A stretch of DNA of 35,293 nt from the IMG/VR virus record IMGVR_UViG_3300045988_085402, positions 1-35,293 of that record. One strand, written 5' to 3'. The position numbers were made by a program, and so were the translations under genes. Every line of letters begins with the position of its first letter. Position 1 is the stretch's first letter. Source of the DNA: a virus. Positions 24,954-32,827 of the stretch are shown here, piece after piece. The notes beneath the pieces were generated by a model, which saw nothing but the letters and a program-made list of their open reading frames with translations, was not told where the DNA came from and did no database searches.

Positions 24954-26207
24954 TCAGCGGCCCTGTGGGGTGGGTTCTGCGAGGACGGCCATGGCGGGCT
25001 GGCGGATGAGCTCAGCATCCCCTGTTGCGCCGTGCCTGTTCTTAGCTATCGACACGGCCAGCCGCGTCCTGTCAGGAACACCGTTGCGCACGGGCAGGGA
25101 CAGGAGGGTGACGGTGTCCGCATCCTGTTCGATGCTGCCCGACTCGCGGAGGTCGGCGAGCTTCGGGGCGAGGTCGTCCCTCATCTCGGAGGCGCGGGAC
25201 AGCTGCGACAGGGCGAACACGGGAACGTCGAGTTCGAGGGCCAGTTCCTTCAATGCTCTCGACTGGTAGGTGACCATCTCTCTGAGTGAGGAACCGGGCA
25301 CGCCCCGGGACGGGGCGAGGAGCTGCATGTGGTCGATGACGACGGCGCCGAGCTTCTTCTTGTGGTGGAGGGTGCGTGCGAGAGCTGCGACCTGTTCGAC
25401 GGACATGCCGGCCTTGTCGCTGATGTGGACGGGCAGGGCCGCCATCTGGGCTGCAGCCCGGTTGAGGACGTCGGCGAGGTCGGATGGTGTGGGCTCTTCC
25501 CTGGTCGTGTACTTCAGTGCAGCACCCGTGGCCTGGGACAGGAGTCTGGGGAGTAGTTCGCGGGCTGGCATTTCCATGGACACGTAGAGGACGTGCCGGT
25601 CGTTGCGTGCGGCGCATGCTGTGAGGTACAGGCCGTAGAGAGTTTTGCCGACTGCGGGCCGAGCGCCGATGACGTGGAGGCCGCCGTCGCGGTGCATGCC
25701 GACAATGTCGTTGACGGATGCCCATGGGGTGTGGACGCCGGTGGCTTTCTTGGCTGTGTACCACTGGTCGATGAGGGATGGCATGGAGACGGTGTCTCCG
25801 TCGGGGGCGGTGCATCCGATGTGGGACTGTGCCCAGGAGGCGACTTCGGCGGCGGTGGCGTCGCCCTGGAGGAGCTGCCCGGCGCGAGTGAGTACGTCGT
25901 GGACGGCGCGTTTGGCGGATGCTTCTTGGACGAGGCGGGCGTAGTGGTCCGCGTCGACAGGGTTCACGGACGCGTGCACGCAGTCGAGGATGTCTTCCCC
26001 GGTGGCTGGCTTGTGGACTTCAGCGAGGACGGAAGCGGGGGTGGGGACTCTGCCCATTGCCCAGTGGTCGCGGATGATTCCCCAGAGGACCGCGTACCTG
26101 GTGTTGGCGATCATGTCTGGGGTGGTGGCCCAGGTGGTGTCGGTTTGTGCTTCGTTGCCTGCGAGGGCGGAACCGACGAGGCATTGTTCGATGGTGATGG
26201 TTTCCAT
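24954..26207 (-). CDS. dnaB: DnaB-family replicative helicase
   Basis: ORF 24954..26258 trimmed to ATG 26207 (RBS AAAGGAACAC). N-terminal IEQCLVGSAL, Walker A GARPAVGKT, Walker B VVIDHMQLL, and SQLSR/ESGSIEQDAD motifs typical of DnaB. Confidence 0.9.
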   Translation of the reverse strand: METITIEQCLVGSALAGNEAQTDTTWATTPDMIANTRYAVLWGIIRDHWAMGRVPTPASVLAEVHKPATGEDILDCVHASVNPVDADHYARLVQEASAKRAVHDVLTRAGQLLQGDATAAEVASWAQSHIGCTAPDGDTVSMPSLIDQWYTAKKATGVHTPWASVNDIVGMHRDGGLHVIGARPAVGKTLYGLYLTACAARNDRHVLYVSMEMPARELLPRLLSQATGAALKYTTREEPTPSDLADVLNRAAAQMAALPVHISDKAGMSVEQVAALARTLHHKKKLGAVVIDHMQLLAPSRGVPGSSLREMVTYQSRALKELALELDVPVFALSQLSRASEMRDDLAPKLADLRESGSIEQDADTVTLLSLPVRNGVPDRTRLAVSIAKNRHGATGDAELIRQPAMAVLAEPTPQGR

Positions 26208-26233
26208 TTGCGTGTTCCTTTTTCCGGGCGGGT

Positions 26234-27037
26234 TCAGCTGTTGGTCGCGTTGTTCCACATGGCTGCGATGTTGGCCATGAGTTCAGGGGTGGTTTCTGCG
26301 TTGACGAGTTCGGGGTTATCGATGCGGGGGGTGCCGAGGAGGTCGGTGGAGTCGGTTGGTGTTCGGGGCTGGTAGTTCTCCCAGTCGTGGTCTTCGAGCC
26401 AGCGGCGGGCGGTGCGGATGTATCGGGCGGGTGTTTCCCGTCGGCGGCATTGGTCTGCGTAGGCGCGTGCGCCGTCGGTGATTTCTTGGGCTGTGGCGTG
26501 CTGTCGCGCTTTCTGCCAGTCTCGGGCGGTGGCTTTGGTGCCTGGGTAGGCCTGGTTGAATTCAGCTCGCTCTTGGGCTTCCTGCGTCTTCTGGGCCTGT
26601 TTCTTGGCTGCGGCTTTGTCGCGTCTGGCGCGGGCGCGGTCGATGTCGTTTTCGGTGACTCGGTCGGCGATGGGGGTGAGGGGCTTGTAAGTCCGCGGCT
26701 GCTCGGTGGCTCGGTCGTGGCTGGTGGCTCCTGCGGCTATGAGGCCGTCGTGGTTGAGGAGGGCGTCGAGGTGGATTGCGTATTCGTTGGCGCCGCCTGC
26801 GACGTGACGGGTTTCGATGATGCCGAGTTCGGTGAGGTGCTTGAGTGCGCGGGCGACTGTGGGGCGAGACTGTCCTGAGCGTTGTTCGATGGCGGCCCAT
26901 GACGGGTAGATGTGTTCGCAGTTCCACCAGGTGCAGAGAGCGGTGAGGGTGGCGATGTCTCCGCCGGTGAGGTCGCGACGTTTCCAGTAGGGGCGGATGT
27001 TGATGGCGCCGATGACCTGGCTGTTGAAGCACTCCAT
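26234..27037 (-). CDS. Winged-HTH replication organiser (DnaD-like initiator / helicase loader candidate)
   Basis: ORF 26234..27184 trimmed to ATG 27037 (RBS AAGGAG). wHTH-like AAIEQRSGQSRPTVARALKHLTELGIIE. C-terminal ARYIRTARRWLEDHDWEN resembles the DnaD/DnaB_2 motif. Immediately upstream of dnaB. Confidence 0.65.
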   Translation of the reverse strand: MECFNSQVIGAINIRPYWKRRDLTGGDIATLTALCTWWNCEHIYPSWAAIEQRSGQSRPTVARALKHLTELGIIETRHVAGGANEYAIHLDALLNHDGLIAAGATSHDRATEQPRTYKPLTPIADRVTENDIDRARARRDKAAAKKQAQKTQEAQERAEFNQAYPGTKATARDWQKARQHATAQEITDGARAYADQCRRRETPARYIRTARRWLEDHDWENYQPRTPTDSTDLLGTPRIDNPELVNAETTPELMANIAAMWNNATNS

Positions 27038-27085
27038 GTGTTTTCTCCTTGTTGTGTTGGCTGTTGTGTTGGTTGGCTGGTTGGT

Positions 27086-27121
27086 GGGGCCCGGGGAGCT
27101 TCTTGGCTCGACCCGGGCCCC
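27086..27121. promoter_or_regulatory. GC-rich palindromic hairpin (GGGGCCCGGG ... CCCGGGCCCC) in the leader of the organiser gene
   Basis: Read directly. 10-bp perfect arms with an inner GAGC/GCTC pair. Followed on the minus strand by a CA-rich leader with CCAACACAACA repeated twice. Confidence 0.4.
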
Positions 27122-27310
27122 GGCTGACCTCTGGGGAACACAACAAGAAAACCATGAGGTCAGCCGATCAACCAACGGGGTCAACCATACCGCATGCCGG
27201 CCGGATGGGTTCCGCCCCTGGCGCCGGCGTGGGTCGCGCCTGTGTGGACGCCGGGGAGCGCCGGCACCGGGGGGGTAGGGGGGGTGTTTATTCTCTTGGA
27301 TAAGGTTTGG

Positions 27311-27354
27311 GTCTCATTTTGATACCCCCCTGTCGTCTCATTTTGATACCCCCC
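27311..27354. repeat. Two perfect 20-bp direct repeats GTCTCATTTTGATACCCCCC (27311-27330, 27335-27354); iteron/operator candidates
   Basis: Read directly. 24-bp period. Located in the divergent intergenic region. Confidence 0.85.
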
Positions 27355-27395
27355 CGCGCCCCCCTCGACCGTGACCAACGTCACCGAGACACGGG

Positions 27396-27424
27396 TTGAC
27401 CGGCGTGTCGACACGCCGTAGATT
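27396..27424 (+). promoter_or_regulatory. Rightward early promoter candidate: TTGACC - 17 nt - TAGATT
   Basis: The -35 (27396-27401) and -10 (27419-27424, TANNNT type) have a 17-nt spacer. They lie about 40 nt upstream of the first plus-strand gene. Confidence 0.55.
27401..27418. promoter_or_regulatory. Perfect 18-bp palindrome CGGCGTGTCGACACGCCG filling the promoter spacer (operator candidate)
   Basis: Read directly. The reverse complement of CGGCGTGTC is GACACGCCG. Confidence 0.6.
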
Positions 27425-27465
27425 GATTCCGTCAACTCAATCAACCCCCACCGAGGAGGAACCAA

Positions 27466-27726
27466 ATGAACACCACCGCTCAGCTCCCCAGCCAGGCCGG
27501 CACCACCCTGATCACCTGGGTCGCCACCCTCAGCATCGTCTGGGTCCTGGCCTCCGCCTTCGCCCTGGTTACCGGCCACGTCACGATGGTCGTCGTCCTC
27601 GGGCTCGTCGTCGGCCTGCCGGCCGCCATCCGAGCCACCCGGTCCAGCAACCGCAGGAAGGCCATTCTCCGCCACGCTGCGGCCCGAACGGCCCCGGTCC
27701 GGTACCAGGCACCGGCCGCACGCTGA
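27466..27726 (+). CDS. Early membrane protein (86 aa, two hydrophobic segments)
   Basis: ORF track. RBS GGAGGA. TLITWVATLSIVWVLASAFALV and VVVLGLVVGLPAAI. Confidence 0.65.
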   Translation: MNTTAQLPSQAGTTLITWVATLSIVWVLASAFALVTGHVTMVVVLGLVVGLPAAIRATRSSNRRKAILRHAAARTAPVRYQAPAAR

Positions 27727-27770
27727 GCGGCCCTCAGAAACGCTCCTACGGCTTTAGGAAGGAACACCGC

Positions 27771-28064
27771 ATGTACCTGTCGACCGCCGCTCAGAACGAC
27801 ACCGCAACCCTCGTCGCCAAGTGGGTCCGCGAGAACACGATCAGCTATGGCGCCGTAGCCACCGAGGTCGGCCGAGCCGGCTACCCCGATGCTGCGGTCG
27901 TAGCCATCGCCGAGAACGGCAGCGCCACCTGCACCGCGAAGGTCGCCGTCCACCACAACCGCATCGTGTACGTGTCGAAGGTCGGCGCCCACGTCTCCTA
28001 CCCGACCACCTTCAGGGATGCCGGCCGGATCGTCGGGGGTTTCCTCTCCCTCGAGGAGGACTGA
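27771..28064 (+). CDS. Hypothetical small early protein (97 aa)
   Basis: ATG 27771 preceded by GGAAGGAACACC. In frame with ORF 27396..28064. Confidence 0.65.
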   Translation: MYLSTAAQNDTATLVAKWVRENTISYGAVATEVGRAGYPDAAVVAIAENGSATCTAKVAVHHNRIVYVSKVGAHVSYPTTFRDAGRIVGGFLSLEED

Positions 28065-28354
28065 TGTTCCATCGACGCAAGAGGAACCCGCGGACGATGG
28101 CCTTAGATGTCGCCAAGGAAATTGGCCGGCGCGGGCTCCCCGCCAAAGTGGAAGCCGTTACCGTGATGTCCGCGGCAGGGAACGTTCGGAGGTGCGCGGT
28201 CGTGATTCCAGGTCGCGGCGTCGCGGTCATAAACAACGACCTCAGTATCATTGTCGTCTCGTCCAACAAACCCCTCCCGTGGAATCTGGAATTCAAATGC
28301 GAGAACACCGAAGCTGCCGCGGAAAATATTTTGAGAAATCTGCCACTGCCATGA
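28064..28354 (+). CDS. Hypothetical small early protein (96 aa)
   Basis: ATG overlaps the upstream stop (TGATG). RBS GAGGAGGA. Confidence 0.65.
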   Translation: MFHRRKRNPRTMALDVAKEIGRRGLPAKVEAVTVMSAAGNVRRCAVVIPGRGVAVINNDLSIIVVSSNKPLPWNLEFKCENTEAAAENILRNLPLP

Positions 28355-28521
28355 ACATTCCCCAGAATACTGAGATGAGAAACCGGCCCAGGCCCGCGAA
28401 AGCGGCAGCCATCAGATACAGGCGGCGCGTCGAGCGGGCCGAGATGGCCTACCGGAAGCACGCCACCTACACCGACCCGACCACCGGCCGCACCCAAACA
28501 ATCAACATCCGCCACAGCTGA
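28351..28521 (+). CDS. Hypothetical basic protein (56 aa)
   Basis: ATGA overlap with the upstream gene. MNIPQNTEMRNRPRPAKAAAIRYRRRVERAEMAYRKHATYTDPTTGRTQTINIRHS. Confidence 0.5.
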   Translation: MNIPQNTEMRNRPRPAKAAAIRYRRRVERAEMAYRKHATYTDPTTGRTQTINIRHS

Positions 28522-28533
28522 AAGGAACCACCA

Positions 28534-29115
28534 ATGCAACTCTCCGACATTGAAGGCCTTCTCCGCTCCCACCTCATCGAAGGGGAGGTCATGGTCGAGG
28601 AGCCCACCAACCACAGAGCCTTCGGCGACCGCATGTACATCATCACCACCTCAGGACTGCCCGTGTGGGTGTACATCATCGAGGCGGAAAGCCTGTACGC
28701 CATCGAGGCGGAAGGCGCCCTTGAAGTGTGGGGGCCCGGCGTAGGCGAACCCGACCGGACTGTTGAAGCTGTCCTCGGTCACGCCCGCCGCAACGGCGCC
28801 CCGGAGCCGCCGCCGGACCCCGAAGTGGTTTTCGCCGACGTGATCGCCTACCTGCGTCCACTACTCCGGGAAGGCGAGTCCCTGTCAACAGGCAGGGACG
28901 ATCGCAGCGGCGACCCGACGCTGGTCATCTCAACCGCCGTCAACCATTCCTCCATCTCCTGGCGCAACGGTCTCCTCGACTACACCAGCCCCTACGACCG
29001 CGCGTACCACCACTACGCAGACGAGGAGAGCGGCTTCGGTGACCTCCTCGACCTCGCGCTCACCGAGGCTAGAGCCGCCGCTGACGCGGAGCAGGACTAC
29101 TTCGGCAACCGCTGA
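28534..29115 (+). CDS. Hypothetical early protein (193 aa; looks like two tandem copies of the small-protein layout)
   Basis: ORF track. RBS GAAAGGAACC. Confidence 0.7.
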   Translation: MQLSDIEGLLRSHLIEGEVMVEEPTNHRAFGDRMYIITTSGLPVWVYIIEAESLYAIEAEGALEVWGPGVGEPDRTVEAVLGHARRNGAPEPPPDPEVVFADVIAYLRPLLREGESLSTGRDDRSGDPTLVISTAVNHSSISWRNGLLDYTSPYDRAYHHYADEESGFGDLLDLALTEARAAADAEQDYFGNR

Positions 29116-29141
29116 ACCAACCAACTGAAAGGAACCCATCA

Positions 29142-29426
29142 ATGTCACCTCTGCACCAGGCCCGCCTTCTCGTGCCGCTCCTCGAAGCTATCCGCAAGCA
29201 CCTCGGCTACGGCGAGTACGCCGCCTTCCGGCGCACTACCTACGGATCTCCGTACATTGAGGCCCGCACCGAGCGCGGCAATGTGATCGCCGGCATTGAC
29301 GAGGACGGCACGTACACATTGGACGCCGCTGGCAGCCGCTACGTCTGCGACCCGAACGGCACGAAGGACGCCATCTACAATGCGATCCGCCGGGCCCTCA
29401 ACGACGCCCGCGAGGAGTGGTCATGA
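29142..29426 (+). CDS. Hypothetical small early protein (94 aa)
   Basis: ORF track. RBS GAAAGGAACCC. Confidence 0.7.
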   Translation: MSPLHQARLLVPLLEAIRKHLGYGEYAAFRRTTYGSPYIEARTERGNVIAGIDEDGTYTLDAAGSRYVCDPNGTKDAIYNAIRRALNDAREEWS

Positions 29427-29725
29427 TCGGCCGCTACGCCAGCATCGCAGACAGGGTCGCTATGGCCAAGGTCATCGCCGACGTCTGCATCCGCGACCAC
29501 TCGGGCCCGGATTACCTCATCGAGGAGCCTATGGTTGACGGCGAAGCCGCAACACTGCACATTTACTGGGGGGACCAGAACCTTATGTCCGTCCACGTCG
29601 GCCGGGCTGGAGTCACCATGCACGCTGGCCGATCAACCGTGGACATGCCATACCAATGCGACGCGCACCCCGCAGACGTAGCCAACCAGCTCCTCGGCAC
29701 AATGATGAAAGGAACACCCCGATGA
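29423..29725 (+). CDS. Hypothetical small early protein (100 aa; alternative start GTG 29417)
   Basis: ATGA overlap with the upstream stop. GAGGAG upstream. Confidence 0.65.
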   Translation: MIGRYASIADRVAMAKVIADVCIRDHSGPDYLIEEPMVDGEAATLHIYWGDQNLMSVHVGRAGVTMHAGRSTVDMPYQCDAHPADVANQLLGTMMKGTPR

Positions 29726-30411
29726 CAGACCGTATCGAGCACGCAAAAATCGTCGCCCAGTCCACACTGATCCCCGCTGAATACCGAGGCAAGCCCGCCG
29801 ACATTGTGTGGGCCATGGACATCGGCGACGCCCTGGGCGTCCCATACACGCAGGTGATGCAGTCAATGGTCGTGGCCCGCGGCAAGATGACAATGTCCGC
29901 GGACCTTATGGGCGCCGTCGTCAGGCGGGCCGGCCACAAGCTGCGCCTCCACGAAGACGGCGACTCTGTGACCGCGACCCTGATCCGCGCCGACGACCCC
30001 GACTACGAATTCACTGTCACCTGGGACAAGACGAAAGCGCGGGCGGCCGGCCTGTGGGGCAGCCGCGGCCCGTGGCAGCAGTACCCGCGACAGATGCTCC
30101 GCGCCCGCGCTATCACCGAGGTGTGCCGCCAGGGCGCATCGGACGCCCTCGCGGGCACCGTCTACACGCCGGAGGAGCTGGAATCCGCGCCCACGCAGAA
30201 CGCCCGGCAGGAACCCAAAGAGGACCACACGCAGCGAGACATGACCCGCACCATCCTCATGGACTACTGCCACGAGACCGGACGGGACGCCAACGAAGTC
30301 TGGCGGCAGGCGCAGGCCGCCGGGGCCAGCATGGACGACCCCGACTCTCTGTCCGCCGTCATCGACAAATGGGCGGCCGGCATCAACGCGGAGCCGCAGG
30401 AGGAGCAGTGA
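29722..30411 (+). CDS. recT: RecT-family single-strand annealing protein
   Basis: 229 aa. STLIPAEYRGKPADIVWAMDIGDALGVPYTQVMQSMVVARGK ... GPWQQYPRQMLRARAITEVCR follows the RecT pattern. RBS GAAAGGAACACC. ATGA overlap. Confidence 0.7.
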   Translation: MTDRIEHAKIVAQSTLIPAEYRGKPADIVWAMDIGDALGVPYTQVMQSMVVARGKMTMSADLMGAVVRRAGHKLRLHEDGDSVTATLIRADDPDYEFTVTWDKTKARAAGLWGSRGPWQQYPRQMLRARAITEVCRQGASDALAGTVYTPEELESAPTQNARQEPKEDHTQRDMTRTILMDYCHETGRDANEVWRQAQAAGASMDDPDSLSAVIDKWAAGINAEPQEEQ

Positions 30412-30776
30412 ACCTCCGAACCGTCACCCCGATCGGAGTGCAACGGCGAATCCTGTCTCTCATGTGGATCGGCCACTCCGAACAGCGGATCGCCGACATG
30501 GCCGGCGTGAAACTGAAGTCAGTGCGGAAAGGCCGCGCAGGCGAGTACGTGCCCGAAGAGGACAGGCTCCTCATCGCGTGCGCCTGGTCCCGCAACCAAT
30601 GCAACCTCGCCCCCGTGAACTACGGGTCGCAGGTCGCCCACAAGACTGCGGTTGACTCCGGCGCGCACTCCCCGCTCGCATGGGATGAAGACGACATTGA
30701 CAATTACCACGCCGAACCACATGATCTAACGAAGGGCCGGGACCGGTCCCCGTGGAACAGAAAGGAACACTCATGA
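30408..30776 (+). CDS. HTH DNA-binding protein (122 aa)
   Basis: GTGA overlap with recT. QRRILSLMWIGHSEQRIADMAGVKLKSVRK looks like a LuxR/sigma-region-4-type helix-turn-helix. Confidence 0.55.
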   Translation: MNLRTVTPIGVQRRILSLMWIGHSEQRIADMAGVKLKSVRKGRAGEYVPEEDRLLIACAWSRNQCNLAPVNYGSQVAHKTAVDSGAHSPLAWDEDDIDNYHAEPHDLTKGRDRSPWNRKEHS

Positions 30777-31447
30777 AGATCATCGTCCAGAAGACAATGA
30801 ACGTGACAGACCCAGTCCGAGCCCACGACACAGACGCCGGCCTCGACCTGTACGTCCCTGAAGGGCAGACCTGCCTGGTGCGCAGGGGCGCCGTGTACAC
30901 GATCGACCTCGGCGTCAGGGTCGCCATCCCGGACGGCTACTACGGACAATTGACCCTCCGGTCGTCCGCCGGGCGGAAGGGACTCACAATCCCCCACGGC
31001 GTAGGGGTCATCGACTCCGGGTACCGCGGCAACCTGAAGGTCCTTGTCACTGCCCTTACCGAACCGGTCCTTGTCGCCGCCAGGGATCGCATCTGCCAGC
31101 TCATTGTCCTTCCCCTGCCCCCCGTCGACTACGAGCCCGGCATCGTGGATGACAACACTGACCGCGGCGCGGGCGGATTCGGGTCCACCGGAACCGGGGC
31201 CACGGGCCGCGACTACGCCGCCGGCAGCGCCGGCAGCCTCACCATCGGCCAGCTCATAGGGCAGTTGCAGGACGCCGCCCTCCGCTACGGCAACGACACC
31301 CCCGTCGCCGTCATTGCCGACGGCGGGCTCGACTACGAACAGGCGGACACCCTAGCCGTCATCAACACCACCAAGACCGGCCACGTCGCCGGCTGGGACC
31401 AGTACCGCGCAGACCCCGACGGCACCCCCATGGCGGTGATCTCATGA
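30773..31447 (+). CDS. dut: dUTPase fused to an ~80-aa C-terminal extra domain
   Basis: Motifs AGLDL, GVIDSGYRG and RGAGGFGSTG of trimeric dUTPases fall within aa 1-140. Aa 141-224 are additional. ATGA overlap. RBS GAAAGGAACAC. Confidence 0.85.
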   Translation: MKIIVQKTMNVTDPVRAHDTDAGLDLYVPEGQTCLVRRGAVYTIDLGVRVAIPDGYYGQLTLRSSAGRKGLTIPHGVGVIDSGYRGNLKVLVTALTEPVLVAARDRICQLIVLPLPPVDYEPGIVDDNTDRGAGGFGSTGTGATGRDYAAGSAGSLTIGQLIGQLQDAALRYGNDTPVAVIADGGLDYEQADTLAVINTTKTGHVAGWDQYRADPDGTPMAVIS

Positions 31448-31689
31448 ACGACAAGGAAAAAAAGATGGACAACAGGACCTACCTCACCGTCGACGGCCTC
31501 GCGCGCGAGCTGCAAGAGATCGCCGACCGGTACGGCAACATCCCCGTAGTCACCCCCACCAAGGCGGACGCCGACTACGAGCAAGCCACTGTTCCGATCG
31601 TCATGCACGGCAGGCGAGAGGTGGTGCCCGGCGATTGGGACCTGTTCCACATCGAACCCAGCGGCGAGCCTGTGGTGGTGATCTCATGA
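31444..31689 (+). CDS. Stand-alone paralogue of the dUTPase C-terminal domain (81 aa)
   Basis: Alignable by eye with dUTPase aa 155-224: LT(I/V)..L...LQ..A.RYGN.PV...DYEQA...G.WD...P.G.P..VIS. Confidence 0.7.
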   Translation: MNDKEKKMDNRTYLTVDGLARELQEIADRYGNIPVVTPTKADADYEQATVPIVMHGRREVVPGDWDLFHIEPSGEPVVVIS

Positions 31690-32063
31690 GCGACAACGTG
31701 AATCACCCCGCCCACTACACGCGGTGGCCCGTCGAGGCCATCAACCTGACCGAGCGGGAAACGTTCCTGATCGGCAACGTCCTGAAGTACGCGCTCCGCG
31801 CCGGCGTCAAGGATGGCAGCACGTACGGGGAGGACATGGCGAAAGCCCGCTGGTACGCGCGCAGGCACGTCGACAACATCGCCGCCAGGGACTCCTGGCA
31901 GGCCGGCCTCGACTCCCTGCAGACACACTTCGCAGACGCCACCGCCTACCTGACCTCCCGACAGGAAGACACCACCGAGATGCGCGCATACCTGCAGGAC
32001 CAGCTGACCGCCATCCACGATCGGGTCGAGAAGGAGCTGTGCGAAGCATGGGACGCAACCTGA
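31686..32063 (+). CDS. DUF3310-like protein (125 aa)
   Basis: N-terminal VNHPAHYTRWPVEAINL...FLIGNVLKYALRAG...EDMAKARWY matches the DUF3310 (SaV-like) signature. Confidence 0.75.
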   Translation: MSDNVNHPAHYTRWPVEAINLTERETFLIGNVLKYALRAGVKDGSTYGEDMAKARWYARRHVDNIAARDSWQAGLDSLQTHFADATAYLTSRQEDTTEMRAYLQDQLTAIHDRVEKELCEAWDAT

Positions 32064-32428
32064 GGTCCGCGAAAGCCGCCGGCTCCCGGTTCGAACGGCT
32101 CATCGCAAACCACCTCAACGACCGGCTGTACGGCCTCCACGTCGACCGGCAAGTCAAGACTGGTGCCCACGACTCCGGCGACATAGCCGGAGTCCACCTC
32201 GCCGGCAAGCGCATCGCCATTGAATGCAAAAACGTTACCCGCATGGACTTGCCGAGGTGGACTCGGGAAGCGCACACTGAAGCCGGCAACATCGGCGGGG
32301 CGGCCGGAGTGGTCATCCACAAGAGACACGGCAACAACAAGCCCGAAGACCAGTGGGTGACCATGACCGTCACCGACCTTGTCACCATCATCAACCTGTT
32401 CAACGAAAGGAACACCAATGGCCGCTGA
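32048..32428 (+). CDS. PD-(D/E)XK nuclease, Holliday-junction-resolvase-like (126 aa)
   Basis: GSRFERLIANHL ... DSGDIAGV ... KRIAIECKN gives the D...E.K core. Resembles the small resolvase family of actinophages, recalled from memory and not searched. Confidence 0.6.
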   Translation: MGRNLRSAKAAGSRFERLIANHLNDRLYGLHVDRQVKTGAHDSGDIAGVHLAGKRIAIECKNVTRMDLPRWTREAHTEAGNIGGAAGVVIHKRHGNNKPEDQWVTMTVTDLVTIINLFNERNTNGR

Positions 32429-32816
32429 GATCACCGTTACGGGGACGCTCACCAGAGACCCGGAGATCAAGTACGCGCAGTCAGGCACCGCCATGCTGAA
32501 GCTCGCCATGGCCGCCACCAGGCGAACCCAGAACCGAGACACGAAGCAATGGGAAGACGACGGCGACCCGCTGTACGTCGACGCCACATTCTTCGGCGAC
32601 CGGGAGAACTACCTCGGCGACATCCTCCGCAAAGGCGACCAGGTGTCCATAACCGGCGCGCTCATCCGCCGCAACTGGGAGTCCGGCTCCAAGTCCGGCG
32701 TCGCCCTCGAGGTCCGATTCCCGAAGCTCCTCGGGTACATCAGGAAATCCGACAGGGCCGGCGGCGTGCAGGCACTCGCCCCGACCACGTCCAACACGTT
32801 CAACGCCCCGTTCTGA
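32418..32816 (+). CDS. ssb: Single-stranded DNA-binding protein
   Basis: ITVTGTLTRDPEIKYAQSGTAMLKLAMAATRR ... ATFFGDRENYLGDILRKGDQVSITGALIRRNWES is an OB-fold SSB pattern. RBS GAAAGGAACACC. Confidence 0.85.
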   Translation: MAAEITVTGTLTRDPEIKYAQSGTAMLKLAMAATRRTQNRDTKQWEDDGDPLYVDATFFGDRENYLGDILRKGDQVSITGALIRRNWESGSKSGVALEVRFPKLLGYIRKSDRAGGVQALAPTTSNTFNAPF

Positions 32817-32827
32817 CGGGCGTCACA

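Noticed and set aside
26234-27184. Longer N-terminal versions of several track ORFs (26234-27184, 24954-26258, 6297-7928, 3047-6325, 446-1042, 30752-31447, 34512-34775)
   Set aside because: The extensions overlap upstream genes or lack an RBS. Internal starts with a good RBS or ATGA/GTGA coupling give products that begin where family similarity begins, for example IEQCLVGSAL for DnaB.
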